64,000 nt of DNA from a virus: IMG/VR virus record IMGVR_UViG_3300025138_000013. The stretch is one strand, 5' to 3'. The position numbers and the translations under genes were made by a program. Numbering within the stretch: the stretch's first letter is position 1; each line of letters opens with the position of its first letter. The notes below the pieces were generated by a model. That model did not search any database, was not told the DNA's origin, and saw only the letters and a list, made by a program, of their open reading frames with translations. This document shows positions 53,898 through 63,194 of the stretch, in pieces.

Positions 53898-54783
53898 ATT
53901 TACATGTTATGATAAAGAAACCACAGAGAATTGGAAACCAGTTCTAGCAAAGAAACTAGTTCCCGATTGGTGGAAGACTATGAAAGTTCAAGAGAATGTT
54001 CGTGGTCATAAAACTCAGACTATAAGGTCATGTCCTGCTATGGATGACTGGTTAAAGACTGGGTGGTATCTTTGTGCAAAGAAAGACATGAAAGTATTTG
54101 TAAGTGAACATTCTAGTAAATCAAGAACAGACCCACAAGACAGACTTTCATCACCAACACATCCAGCTGGACAAGCAGGTCATCAATTTACTTACTTATC
54201 TAAAGAAGATGCACCAACAAAAGATGCATTCAAAATGAAAGCACCATGGAATATTATTACTCCGCCAGGCTATTCTTGTCTATACCTAGACCCCTTTCTA
54301 TTTCAAAATAAGTATTTTGCAACATGGCAAGGTATGATTGATACAGATGCATTTAATGTGAATATGGATAACTCTCAGATTATTTTCTATCCTAAAACGA
54401 ATAAAGACTTTACAATTAAAGCTGGAACACCATTGGTTCAAATCATTCCATACAGAAGAGAAGATTGGACAGCATCATATATAACTTATGACAATAAATC
54501 GTGGCAAGAAAATAGGTCAGTTAGAACTACTCATAGAGTAGGTGAAGATGGTGGTAAGTTAAAAACAATGGATGAGTGGAATAGGTCACCCGAACTTAGA
54601 GAAGAGAAGAGGCATATCGAAGGAATGGCAGGTGCCTATAGAAGAATTAAGTATTGGAATGAGAAGGGAAGAATGTTTAAAGAAGAGAATCCACCACCCG
54701 AGTGTCCTATGCATAATCCCGATTTAGTAGAACATAAAGCAGAAGTGCAGTTGGATTTATTTGGAGACCAAGATGACAGTTAG
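53878..54783 (+). CDS. conserved phage protein (DUF6065-like)
   Basis: PDWWK, RSCPAM.D....GW, PW.IITPPGYS, G.IDTD, IKAGTPLVQIIP. Confidence 0.6.
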   Translation: MKMPTIEFTCYDKETTENWKPVLAKKLVPDWWKTMKVQENVRGHKTQTIRSCPAMDDWLKTGWYLCAKKDMKVFVSEHSSKSRTDPQDRLSSPTHPAGQAGHQFTYLSKEDAPTKDAFKMKAPWNIITPPGYSCLYLDPFLFQNKYFATWQGMIDTDAFNVNMDNSQIIFYPKTNKDFTIKAGTPLVQIIPYRREDWTASYITYDNKSWQENRSVRTTHRVGEDGGKLKTMDEWNRSPELREEKRHIEGMAGAYRRIKYWNEKGRMFKEENPPPECPMHNPDLVEHKAEVQLDLFGDQDDS

Positions 54784-55480
54784 ATTAGCATTCCCTACAT
54801 TTATATTTGAAAGAGATGTACTTGACAAAAAGTATGGTAATGCTTCAGTATCAAAAGAATACTTAACATCCCTTAAGAATGAGATGGATGCATGGAGACA
54901 AAGAGACCCAAAAGGTAGACAAATATCAAACAGATATACTGGTTGGCAGTCTCAAGATGGTGTAGAAAAACATCCAGCCTTTCAAAAGATTATTAGATGT
55001 ATTGAAGCTGCATTGAGAGATGAAGTGCAACAATTCTTTAGAGTTCATCCCGACGATTCACAAATCAAAATAGATAATACATGGGCAAACATAAATGATA
55101 AAGGTGCATGGAATACACCACATTTACACAATGGTTGTTGGTATAGTGGAGTCTTTTACGTACATGGAGACGGTGATGAAGGTAACCTTCAACTAATCAA
55201 TACAGACCCGAAGGTAGTTGCAGACCATCCTACTAACGCTAGAATGCACGAGAGTATGGGATATGGGCCTGTTACTGGAAGACTTATAATGTTTCCTAGT
55301 GGTGCAATGCATATGGTAGAACCCAATCCTACAGACAAAGAAAGATACTCAATTTCATTCAATTGTAGAGTACAACAAATAACAAATAGTCGTGAAAGAA
55401 GAGACCCTCAAGGGAATCCACCTCATGAGAATGAATTTACTTTTGAATTAGATGAATTAGGCAACCCCACACTGAACTAA
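54773..55480 (+). CDS. 2OG-Fe(II) oxygenase (TIGR02466-like)
   Basis: FPT.IF, WANIN..G.WN.PHLH..CWYSGVFYV, G.LIMFPS..MH.V.PN....RYSISFN; likely ATG near 54773. Confidence 0.8.
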   Translation: MTVRLAFPTFIFERDVLDKKYGNASVSKEYLTSLKNEMDAWRQRDPKGRQISNRYTGWQSQDGVEKHPAFQKIIRCIEAALRDEVQQFFRVHPDDSQIKIDNTWANINDKGAWNTPHLHNGCWYSGVFYVHGDGDEGNLQLINTDPKVVADHPTNARMHESMGYGPVTGRLIMFPSGAMHMVEPNPTDKERYSISFNCRVQQITNSRERRDPQGNPPHENEFTFELDELGNPTLN

Positions 55481-55497
55481 AATCTCTAAATAGTAGT

Positions 55498-55758
55498 ATG
55501 GAACTTACTATCACACCTTACATACTTTGGAATATCGTTACAGTATTTGTTATCGTACCTATTGGCTTTCTTCTTAGAAACACACTTCAAGAGGTGTCAC
55601 GACAGGGTATTCTACTCAACAAGACTCGTGAAGAGATAGCAAAAGACTATGTCACACGTGAAGAGATTGAGAGAGACATGGCAAAGTTGATAGACCAATT
55701 AAACCGTATCTCAGACAAAATAGACAAACTTACCACAAAGACTTATTTCCAAGAATAA
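55498..55758 (+). CDS. single-TM coiled-coil protein
   Basis: N-terminal TM helix, then TREEIAKDYVTR. Confidence 0.6.
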   Translation: MELTITPYILWNIVTVFVIVPIGFLLRNTLQEVSRQGILLNKTREEIAKDYVTREEIERDMAKLIDQLNRISDKIDKLTTKTYFQE

Positions 55759-55794
55759 AAAACGCATAAATAGTATTAAACAGGAAATACTATT

Positions 55795-56610
55795 ATGGCA
55801 CAACCCAATTCAAAAGCAACCCTCAAGGAGTATGTCAAGAGAAAACTAGGCGCACCTGTGTTGGAAATCAACGTTGATGACGACCAGTTTGATGATAGGC
55901 TTGATGAAGGTCTTCAATACTTTAGAGAATACTGCTATGATGGTAGTATCAAAACCTATTTAAAACATCAACTTACACAAAATCAGATAGATTCATTCAA
56001 GTCAGATGAATCACATTCAGCTGCCACAGCTGGTGGTCAAGTAATAAGTGGACAAACTTACAAAGAACAACAAAACTATCTCACTCTACCCGAACATGTG
56101 CTATCTGTTTTAAACATTTTACCATTCAACGACAAATCAAATCTTAATATGTTTGATTTGAGATATCAATTAAGATTGAATGACATGTACGACTTATCTT
56201 CAACTAATGTTTTACATTATGAAATGGTGCAACAGAACCTTTCAATGATGAATAATATTCTAGTTGGAAGAACACCTATAAGATACAACATGCATTCTAA
56301 TAGATTATATCTAGATTTAGATGCATCTAGTTTAACAGCTGGTGAATACTTAATCATTGAATGTTACAGAAAGATTGACCCAACAGATATGACAGATGTC
56401 TATGACGATATATGGTTGAAGAAATATTGTACTGCATTAGTTAAGTATCAGTGGGGTGAAAACCTATCTAAGTTTTCGGGAATTGCATTACCTGGCGGAG
56501 TCACATTAGACGCTGCACAAATGAAGTCCGAAGCTCAAGAGGAAATTACAAGATTAGAAGAAGAGTCTAGACTGAATTTTGAAATGCCAGTCATGGACTT
56601 AATGGGATAA
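55795..56610 (+). CDS. gp13: neck protein
   Basis: LKEY..RKLGAPVLEINVDDDQ..DR, WLKKY.TAL.K.QWG.NL.KF.G..LPGGVTL. Confidence 0.95.
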   Translation: MAQPNSKATLKEYVKRKLGAPVLEINVDDDQFDDRLDEGLQYFREYCYDGSIKTYLKHQLTQNQIDSFKSDESHSAATAGGQVISGQTYKEQQNYLTLPEHVLSVLNILPFNDKSNLNMFDLRYQLRLNDMYDLSSTNVLHYEMVQQNLSMMNNILVGRTPIRYNMHSNRLYLDLDASSLTAGEYLIIECYRKIDPTDMTDVYDDIWLKKYCTALVKYQWGENLSKFSGIALPGGVTLDAAQMKSEAQEEITRLEEESRLNFEMPVMDLMG

Positions 56611-56614
56611 AAAC

Positions 56615-57478
56615 ATGCCAACAAATGTATTTTTTAACCATGCAGTTAGTACTGAACAGATGTTATTTGAAGACATCGTTGTTGAGTCACTTAGAATGTA
56701 TGGACACGAAACATTTTACCTACCAAGAGAAATTGTAGAGGAAGATACTATCCTTGGTGAAGATGTGCAATCTAAATTTGGAGATGCATACTCAGTAGAA
56801 ATGTACCTAGAAAATACAGATGGATTTGAAGGTGATGGGGATTTAATGTCTAAGTTTGGTGTCTCAGTTAGGGATACTGCAACCTTTGTAATATCGCTAA
56901 GAACATGGGAAAGATTCATTTCTCTTGATTCGAACCTTACAACATCATTAAGACCTAACGAGGGAGATTTAATTTACTTCCCTATGAGTGGTTCAATGTT
57001 TGAAATCAAATTTGTAGAACATGAGAACCCATTCTATCAAGTCGGAAAATTATTTGTATTCAAATTACAATGTGAGTTGTTCGAATACAGTGGAGAGGAT
57101 TTCGATACTGGAACAGTAGTAGACTTAGTAGAAAACGAACAGGCATATACAATCGAAATGGTTGTTTCAAATACAAGTGGAGAATTTACAATTCAAGAAG
57201 CTATAAAATACAGTGGAGCTGCAACTGGTGAAGTTATTGGTTGGACGCCAGGCGCATCAGACGAGATACGTAAACTTACTATCAAGGATGTTACAAGAAC
57301 CCTTGCAGTTGGTGATACCTTAGTTGGTGCATCAAGTGGTAAGACAGTGGTCATAGAATCCATTACAGACGTTCTAACGTTTGCAAATGATGGTGATGCA
57401 CAGAATAAAGACTTCGAAGATAAAGCAGATGGATACCTAGACTTCTCAGAGACAAATCCATTTGGTGAGGTCACATAA
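56615..57478 (+). CDS. gp14: neck protein
   Basis: E..L..D...ESL..YG...YLPR, SKFG, RPNEGDLIYFP, PFYQ.GK, LDFSE.NPFG. Confidence 0.95.
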   Translation: MPTNVFFNHAVSTEQMLFEDIVVESLRMYGHETFYLPREIVEEDTILGEDVQSKFGDAYSVEMYLENTDGFEGDGDLMSKFGVSVRDTATFVISLRTWERFISLDSNLTTSLRPNEGDLIYFPMSGSMFEIKFVEHENPFYQVGKLFVFKLQCELFEYSGEDFDTGTVVDLVENEQAYTIEMVVSNTSGEFTIQEAIKYSGAATGEVIGWTPGASDEIRKLTIKDVTRTLAVGDTLVGASSGKTVVIESITDVLTFANDGDAQNKDFEDKADGYLDFSETNPFGEVT

Positions 57479-58554
57479 TGTTTGGTACATATTTTTATAA
57501 TGAAACAATGAAGAGAGCTGTATCAATTTTTGGTACTCTTTTTAATAACATAACTGTTAAGAAAGTCAAGGCAGATGGAACTGTACTCACGGAACAAAAG
57601 GTACCCATAAGTTATGGGCCGAAACAAAAGTTCCTACAAAGACTAGCAGAAGATGCTGACCTTGGTGATGGTATGAGAACTGCAATCAGTATGCCTAGAC
57701 TTGCATTCGAACTTACAGGGTTTGAATACGATGCAACAAGACAACAAAACAAACTAATTAGAAGTTCTAAATCACAACTAGAGAGTGCAGATACAGGAAA
57801 GAGAGGATTCCAGTATCAACCAGCACCATATAATTTAACATTTAGTCTATCGATTCTTGCAAAGAACATGAACGATGCACTACAAATAGTAGAACAAATA
57901 CTACCATATTTCCAACCCGAATACACAGTTACCATGAAGATGATTGACTCTATGGTTGATTACAGAGACGTACCTATCATTCTAGGTTCTGTAACAATGG
58001 AAGACCAATACGAAGGTTCATTCGAAGAAAGACGTGTGATTGAGTACACATTAGAGTTTACTATGAAGTTATATTTCTTCGGCCCAGTATATACTGGTGA
58101 AGTTATTAAGAATGTTATTGAAAGAACATACATATCAGACGGAGTGCAAGGTCAAGTTAAGACTGCAAGTGGTCTATTCACTACCAGTGAGATAGACGGT
58201 AGTGGACTGGTTAAAGAAGTCAAACATTACGAACCAGCCTTTGGAGAAACAACCTCAACTGCAGTATCTTCATCCACTACAATCTCTTTTGCAACGGCTA
58301 TAAATACTAAGATAAGTGCAAACGATGAAGTATTCGGTACGAACTTAGCAACGAATCCAACTATAGCTTCGATTGCTGAGGATAAAAAGAGTATTGTTGT
58401 ATCAAGTGCAGTGACATTAGATGCAAAAACTAAACTTAAATTTGTTGGTTCGGTTGACCCAACTGATACATTCGTCGTTGCAGAAACGGTAACATTTTAT
58501 GATGATGGTTCTACAAGAAGCTTTGCAGACGATAGGACTACAGATGCGAGTTAA
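57478..58554 (+). CDS. gp15: tail sheath stabiliser / terminator
   Basis: YFYN...R.V..FGTLFNNI, VPISYGPKQKFL.RL, PR.AFE, QIVEQILPYFQP. Confidence 0.95.
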   Translation: MFGTYFYNETMKRAVSIFGTLFNNITVKKVKADGTVLTEQKVPISYGPKQKFLQRLAEDADLGDGMRTAISMPRLAFELTGFEYDATRQQNKLIRSSKSQLESADTGKRGFQYQPAPYNLTFSLSILAKNMNDALQIVEQILPYFQPEYTVTMKMIDSMVDYRDVPIILGSVTMEDQYEGSFEERRVIEYTLEFTMKLYFFGPVYTGEVIKNVIERTYISDGVQGQVKTASGLFTTSEIDGSGLVKEVKHYEPAFGETTSTAVSSSTTISFATAINTKISANDEVFGTNLATNPTIASIAEDKKSIVVSSAVTLDAKTKLKFVGSVDPTDTFVVAETVTFYDDGSTRSFADDRTTDAS

Positions 58555-58556
58555 TA

Positions 58557-58973
58557 ATGACAAAAGACACGATAGATAAACAGTTAGATGATGTCTTAGA
58601 CATTCATACTGAAATCAAAACAGAAGTAGAAATACTTCCCAAAAAATTACCTACTGTTAAAGACAGGGGTGAATCAATAGTAAACGACTACAAATATGCA
58701 AGAGAAAATCTCTATGGTCTTGTAGAGCGTGGGCAAGATGCAATTGAAGGTATCTTAGATGTTGCAAAGGAAACAGAACATCCTCGTGCATATGAAGTTG
58801 CTGGACAACTACTTAAAACGGTTGGTGATACTGCAGAAAAATTATTAGACGTGCAGAAGAAATTAAAAGAATTAGAAAAAGACGACGAAGAAAAAAGGAT
58901 TGGAACACAACACAATCATCTCTATGTCGGTTCAACATCTGAGTTGCAGAAATTTCTAAAGAAGAATAAGTAA
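58557..58973 (+). CDS. gp16: terminase small subunit
   Basis: DYKYARENLY, HPRAYEVA, YVGST.ELQK.L. Confidence 0.93.
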   Translation: MTKDTIDKQLDDVLDIHTEIKTEVEILPKKLPTVKDRGESIVNDYKYARENLYGLVERGQDAIEGILDVAKETEHPRAYEVAGQLLKTVGDTAEKLLDVQKKLKELEKDDEEKRIGTQHNHLYVGSTSELQKFLKKNK

Positions 58974-60562
58974 TGGTACAACCTACAAACGAGGGATACT
59001 TAGGTAACAACCTCATCAAACGTTCGGGTATAGAACATCAATATACCGAAAAAGAGCTTGCAGAATACATGAAGTGTTCTGAAGACCCATGTCATTTCAT
59101 TGAAAATTACACACAAATTATATCACTAGATGAAGGTATGGTACCTTTTAAGCTTCGTGGATATCAAGATAAACTTATAAAACATTACGATAGTAATCGT
59201 TTTAATGTAGTACTTGCATCAAGACAGAGTGGTAAATCAATCACATCATGTGCATACTTATTGTGGTATCTAGTGTTTCATCCCGAGGTTACTGTAGCAG
59301 TTCTTGCAAACAAAGGTGCAATTGCAAGGGAGATGATTGCACGTATTGTTACCATGTTAGAATCAGTTCCGTTCTTTTTACAGCCGGGCGTTAAGATTCT
59401 CAACAAAGGTTCGATAGAATTTGCAAACGACTCGAAGGTTGTTGCAGCTGCAACGTCCTCATCATCCATTCGTGGTATGTCTATCAACCTACTATATTTG
59501 GATGAGTTTGCATTCGTAGAAGACGCTGCAACATTCTATACTGCAACATATCCAGTGGTAACATCGGGTAAAGATTCAAAGGTTATTATTACCTCTACTG
59601 CAAACGGTGTAGGTAATATGTTTCATAAGATATATGAGAGTGCAGTACACGGACAATCAGAGTACAAAGACTTCCTTATTAATTGGTTTGATGTGCCAGG
59701 CAGAGATGAAGAATGGAAAAAACAAACCATTGCAAATACATCGGAAGCACAGTTTGAACAAGAGTATGGTAACTCGTTCTTAGGAACTGGTAATACTCTT
59801 ATTAATAGTAACACACTATTAGAGATGAAAGCAGTAGACGGTGAATGGATGAGAGACGGTTTCACAATGTATAATAAACCAATAGAAGGTCATGAGTACA
59901 TAGTAACAGTCGACGTGGCAAAGGGTAGAGGGATGGATTGGTCGACGTTTACTATCTTCGATGTGTCTACACAACCCTTTAAACAAGTGGCTGTGTACAG
60001 AGATAACATGATAAGTCCCCTTCTCTTCCCCGATATTATAAATAAGTTTGTAACACCTTACAATAAGCCAATTGTAATAATTGAGAATAATAACGAAGGT
60101 GCTATGGTGGCTAATCAACTACACTATGATATAGAGTACGAAAACGTCTTTACTCAAGGTTTTGCAAAAGCAGAAGACATTGGAGTTACGATGTCGAGAA
60201 AGATTAAACGTATCGGTTGTTCTACAATGAAAGAGTTGTTGGAAGAACACAGATTAGAGTTAGTGGATAGACCTACAATCACGGAGCTTATGACCTTCAT
60301 AAATAAAGGTACTAGTTTCGAGGCTGATAGAGGATATCACGACGACATGGTAATGAATGTCGTAATGTTCAGTTGGTTTATCACCACAGAATACTTTTAT
60401 CACTTGACTGATACACAAGTCAAAGACTTGTTGTATGCAGAACAACAGAAGATAATTCAAGACGACTTGCTACCAGCGGGAGTCTTTGGAGATGTTTCAC
60501 AACAGGAAACATCATTTGTTGATAATCAAGGTGATAGATGGTATCACAAAAACATGGAATAG
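58973..60562 (+). CDS. gp17: terminase large subunit
   Basis: SRQSGKS Walker A, LYLDEFAF Walker B, STANG, DVAKGRG.D, HDD.VM. Confidence 0.97.
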   Translation: MVQPTNEGYLGNNLIKRSGIEHQYTEKELAEYMKCSEDPCHFIENYTQIISLDEGMVPFKLRGYQDKLIKHYDSNRFNVVLASRQSGKSITSCAYLLWYLVFHPEVTVAVLANKGAIAREMIARIVTMLESVPFFLQPGVKILNKGSIEFANDSKVVAAATSSSSIRGMSINLLYLDEFAFVEDAATFYTATYPVVTSGKDSKVIITSTANGVGNMFHKIYESAVHGQSEYKDFLINWFDVPGRDEEWKKQTIANTSEAQFEQEYGNSFLGTGNTLINSNTLLEMKAVDGEWMRDGFTMYNKPIEGHEYIVTVDVAKGRGMDWSTFTIFDVSTQPFKQVAVYRDNMISPLLFPDIINKFVTPYNKPIVIIENNNEGAMVANQLHYDIEYENVFTQGFAKAEDIGVTMSRKIKRIGCSTMKELLEEHRLELVDRPTITELMTFINKGTSFEADRGYHDDMVMNVVMFSWFITTEYFYHLTDTQVKDLLYAEQQKIIQDDLLPAGVFGDVSQQETSFVDNQGDRWYHKNME

Positions 60563-60594
60563 TAATAAAGCTATTAAGTTAGGAAATTAAAAGT

Positions 60595-60602
60595 TATAAA
60601 TA
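60595..60602 (+). promoter_or_regulatory. T4-type late promoter
   Basis: TATAAATA upstream of gp18. Confidence 0.75.
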
Positions 60603-60641
60603 AAACAGTAAACAACTTTTTACATTAACAGGAGAAAAAGT

Positions 60642-62642
60642 ATGGCATTTCAAGTATCACCAGGCGTACAGGTCAAAGAGGTAGACCTTACAAATGTTGT
60701 ACCAGCAGTATCAAGCACAACTGGTGCTTTCGCTGGTTCATTCCAATGGGGCCCTGTTGATGAAGTTAAGACAGTTTCAGATACAAAGGGTTTAGTCGAT
60801 GAGTTTTACGAACCAGCTAATACACTTGCAGGAGCAGAAGACTTTTATTCAGCAGAAGCATTTTTAAGATATGGTTCATCTCTTAAAGTAGTTAGGATTA
60901 ACACCACAGGTTTGTTTAGTGCAAATACTGGTGGTTCTACATCATCACTTTTAAAGAATCATGACGAATATGTTCAATCATACGAGAGTGGAGCTCTCGG
61001 TGGAACAGTAGGTAAATGGATTGCAAGATGCCCTGGCGTCTTAGGTAATTCATTGAAAGTTTCTGTATGTGCATCCTCAGATGCATATTACAATGATGCA
61101 GCGACAACAACAGGTGCCGAAGAGGCAGCTGGTCAAACCGTTATAACACTTTCGAGTGGTGGCGGTGCATTAGTACAAGTCAGAGACATCATCACATTTG
61201 GTTCAACAACTCAACAATATAGAGTTCTAGCAATCAACTCAGACAATATCACAATCGAAGCATTAGGACAACCAACAGGAACAGGTCTAGTAGCAACCGT
61301 TGCAAACAATACTGCAGTTAATAGATACTGGGAATTCTATGCATCATTCGATAAAGCTCCAGGCAAGTCTGCATCAGCAACAACAGCTAGTGGAACAACA
61401 GACGAAATTCACGTAGTCGTAGTAGACGAAGAGGGTTTAATCACAGGAGTTCCACACACAATGTTAGAGACTTATGGATTTGTTTCTCTTGCCTCAGACG
61501 CAAAAGATACAAGTGGTGAGTCTAACTACTACAGAAATGTAATAGGAAACAGTTCAGAGTGGGTATATTGGGGACAACATTCAACTGCAATGGTTAACAG
61601 TGCAGCGGAACATAGAACACACGCAGTATCAGCGACTACGGGTAAAGCATTCTTAAGACCAACATTGGCAGAAGTTTCATCTTTAGATAAAGGTAGTAAT
61701 GGAAAAACTGCAACTGCAGCTCAGAAGTACGGTGCATGGGAAACCCATTTTAAAGATGGTGAAACATCTGATATATCTTTCCTAATTACAGGTTCATCAA
61801 GAACTGCTGATTCAAGCGGTAATGACCAAGACATTCTTGCAGACTGGACTACTCTTGCTAACCAAGCAGTTATGATTGCAGAAGGTAGAAAGGATTGTAT
61901 TGCAGTAATATCTCCAAGACGTGCAGACGTTGTTGGTATTACTTCAGAGTCATCACAAGCAGCTAACGTTATCACAACTGCTAACACTATGTCTTCAAGT
62001 TCATATGCCGTAATTGACAGCGGTTGGACATATCAATATGACAGATACAACGATAAGTACTGTTACGTACCTGCTAACGGACATACAGCAGGCATAATGG
62101 CACGGTCTGACCTACTAAGAGATGCATGGTTCTCACCAGCAGGATTCTCTAGAGGACAGTACCTAGGAATTACTAAACTTGCGTTTAACCCTTCACAAGC
62201 ATCTAGAGATGACTTGTACAGAGCAAGAGTTAATCCAGTAGTAACATTCCCAGGCCAAGGAACAATTCTTTACGGTGATAAGACAGCATTAACTTCTCCA
62301 TCAGCATTTGATAGAATTAATGTCAGAAGATTATTCATAGTATTAGAGAAGGCAATATCAACTGCAGCTAAATCACAACTCTTTGAATTCAATGATGCAT
62401 TCACAAGAGCTCAGTTTAGAGCAGCGGTAGAACCTTTCCTAAGAGATGTAAAAAACAGAAGAGGACTAGTAGATTTCTCAGTAGTTTGTGATGAAACAAA
62501 CAACACTGATTCAGTCATCGATAGAAACGAATTTGTATGTTCTATCTTTGTGAAACCTTCTAGAAGTATTAACTTTATCACTCTTAACTTCGTGGCTGCA
62601 AGGTCGGGTGTTGAGTTTAGTGAAATTTATGGTGCAGTTTAA
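60642..62642 (+). CDS. gp18: tail sheath protein
   Basis: SPGVQVKEVDLT, FQWGP, WFSPAG..RG, SAFDRINVRRLF, KP.RSINFI.LNF. Confidence 0.97.
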   Translation: MAFQVSPGVQVKEVDLTNVVPAVSSTTGAFAGSFQWGPVDEVKTVSDTKGLVDEFYEPANTLAGAEDFYSAEAFLRYGSSLKVVRINTTGLFSANTGGSTSSLLKNHDEYVQSYESGALGGTVGKWIARCPGVLGNSLKVSVCASSDAYYNDAATTTGAEEAAGQTVITLSSGGGALVQVRDIITFGSTTQQYRVLAINSDNITIEALGQPTGTGLVATVANNTAVNRYWEFYASFDKAPGKSASATTASGTTDEIHVVVVDEEGLITGVPHTMLETYGFVSLASDAKDTSGESNYYRNVIGNSSEWVYWGQHSTAMVNSAAEHRTHAVSATTGKAFLRPTLAEVSSLDKGSNGKTATAAQKYGAWETHFKDGETSDISFLITGSSRTADSSGNDQDILADWTTLANQAVMIAEGRKDCIAVISPRRADVVGITSESSQAANVITTANTMSSSSYAVIDSGWTYQYDRYNDKYCYVPANGHTAGIMARSDLLRDAWFSPAGFSRGQYLGITKLAFNPSQASRDDLYRARVNPVVTFPGQGTILYGDKTALTSPSAFDRINVRRLFIVLEKAISTAAKSQLFEFNDAFTRAQFRAAVEPFLRDVKNRRGLVDFSVVCDETNNTDSVIDRNEFVCSIFVKPSRSINFITLNFVAARSGVEFSEIYGAV

Positions 62643-62654
62643 GGAGTATAAAAC

Positions 62655-63152
62655 ATGGCAACAATAGACCAATTTAAAGCACAACTAATCGGTGGTGGCC
62701 CAAGAGCAAACCGTTTTAGAGTATTCTTACCAAGAGCTGGAAACAATATCGAGTTCATGTGTAAAGGTGCAAACATCCCAGCTGCAACCTTAAGTGAAGT
62801 TGTAATACCTTTTAGAGGAGCAAACTTAAAGTTAGCAGGAGAACGTTCTTTTGCAGACTGGTCAGTTACTATTATCAATGATATGGAATTTTCAGCAAGA
62901 ACTGCTTTAGAAGCATGGCAGATGGAAATCCAAGCAATGGATAGTGGTGAAGGGTCTACTACACTTGATTACTTACTATCAAGAGGATTTGTAGAACAGT
63001 TAAATAAAGACGACTCAGTTCTAGCGAGATACGAGTTCTTCAACATGTTCCCTAAAAACATCGGTGAAATAGCATTAAGCTATGAAACAGTAGATGCATT
63101 AGAAGAATTTACAGTTGATTTGACTTTCTCTCACTGGGAAAGAGTTCTTTAA
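62655..63152 (+). CDS. gp19: tail tube protein
   Basis: GG.RANRF, F.CK.A..P, FRG..LKLAGER.F.DW.VTI.ND, EEF.V. Confidence 0.95.
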   Translation: MATIDQFKAQLIGGGPRANRFRVFLPRAGNNIEFMCKGANIPAATLSEVVIPFRGANLKLAGERSFADWSVTIINDMEFSARTALEAWQMEIQAMDSGEGSTTLDYLLSRGFVEQLNKDDSVLARYEFFNMFPKNIGEIALSYETVDALEEFTVDLTFSHWERVL

Positions 63153-63181
63153 ACAAAGTGAAAAACCCACTTTTAGAGTGG

Positions 63182-63189
63182 TATAAATA
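63182..63189 (+). promoter_or_regulatory. T4-type late promoter
   Basis: TATAAATA, 5 nt before the portal ATG. Confidence 0.75.
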
Positions 63190-63194
63190 TTAGT

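Noticed and set aside
58973-62642. Introns, inteins or homing endonucleases in terminase or sheath
   Set aside because: The ORFs are continuous and of normal length, with no such motifs.
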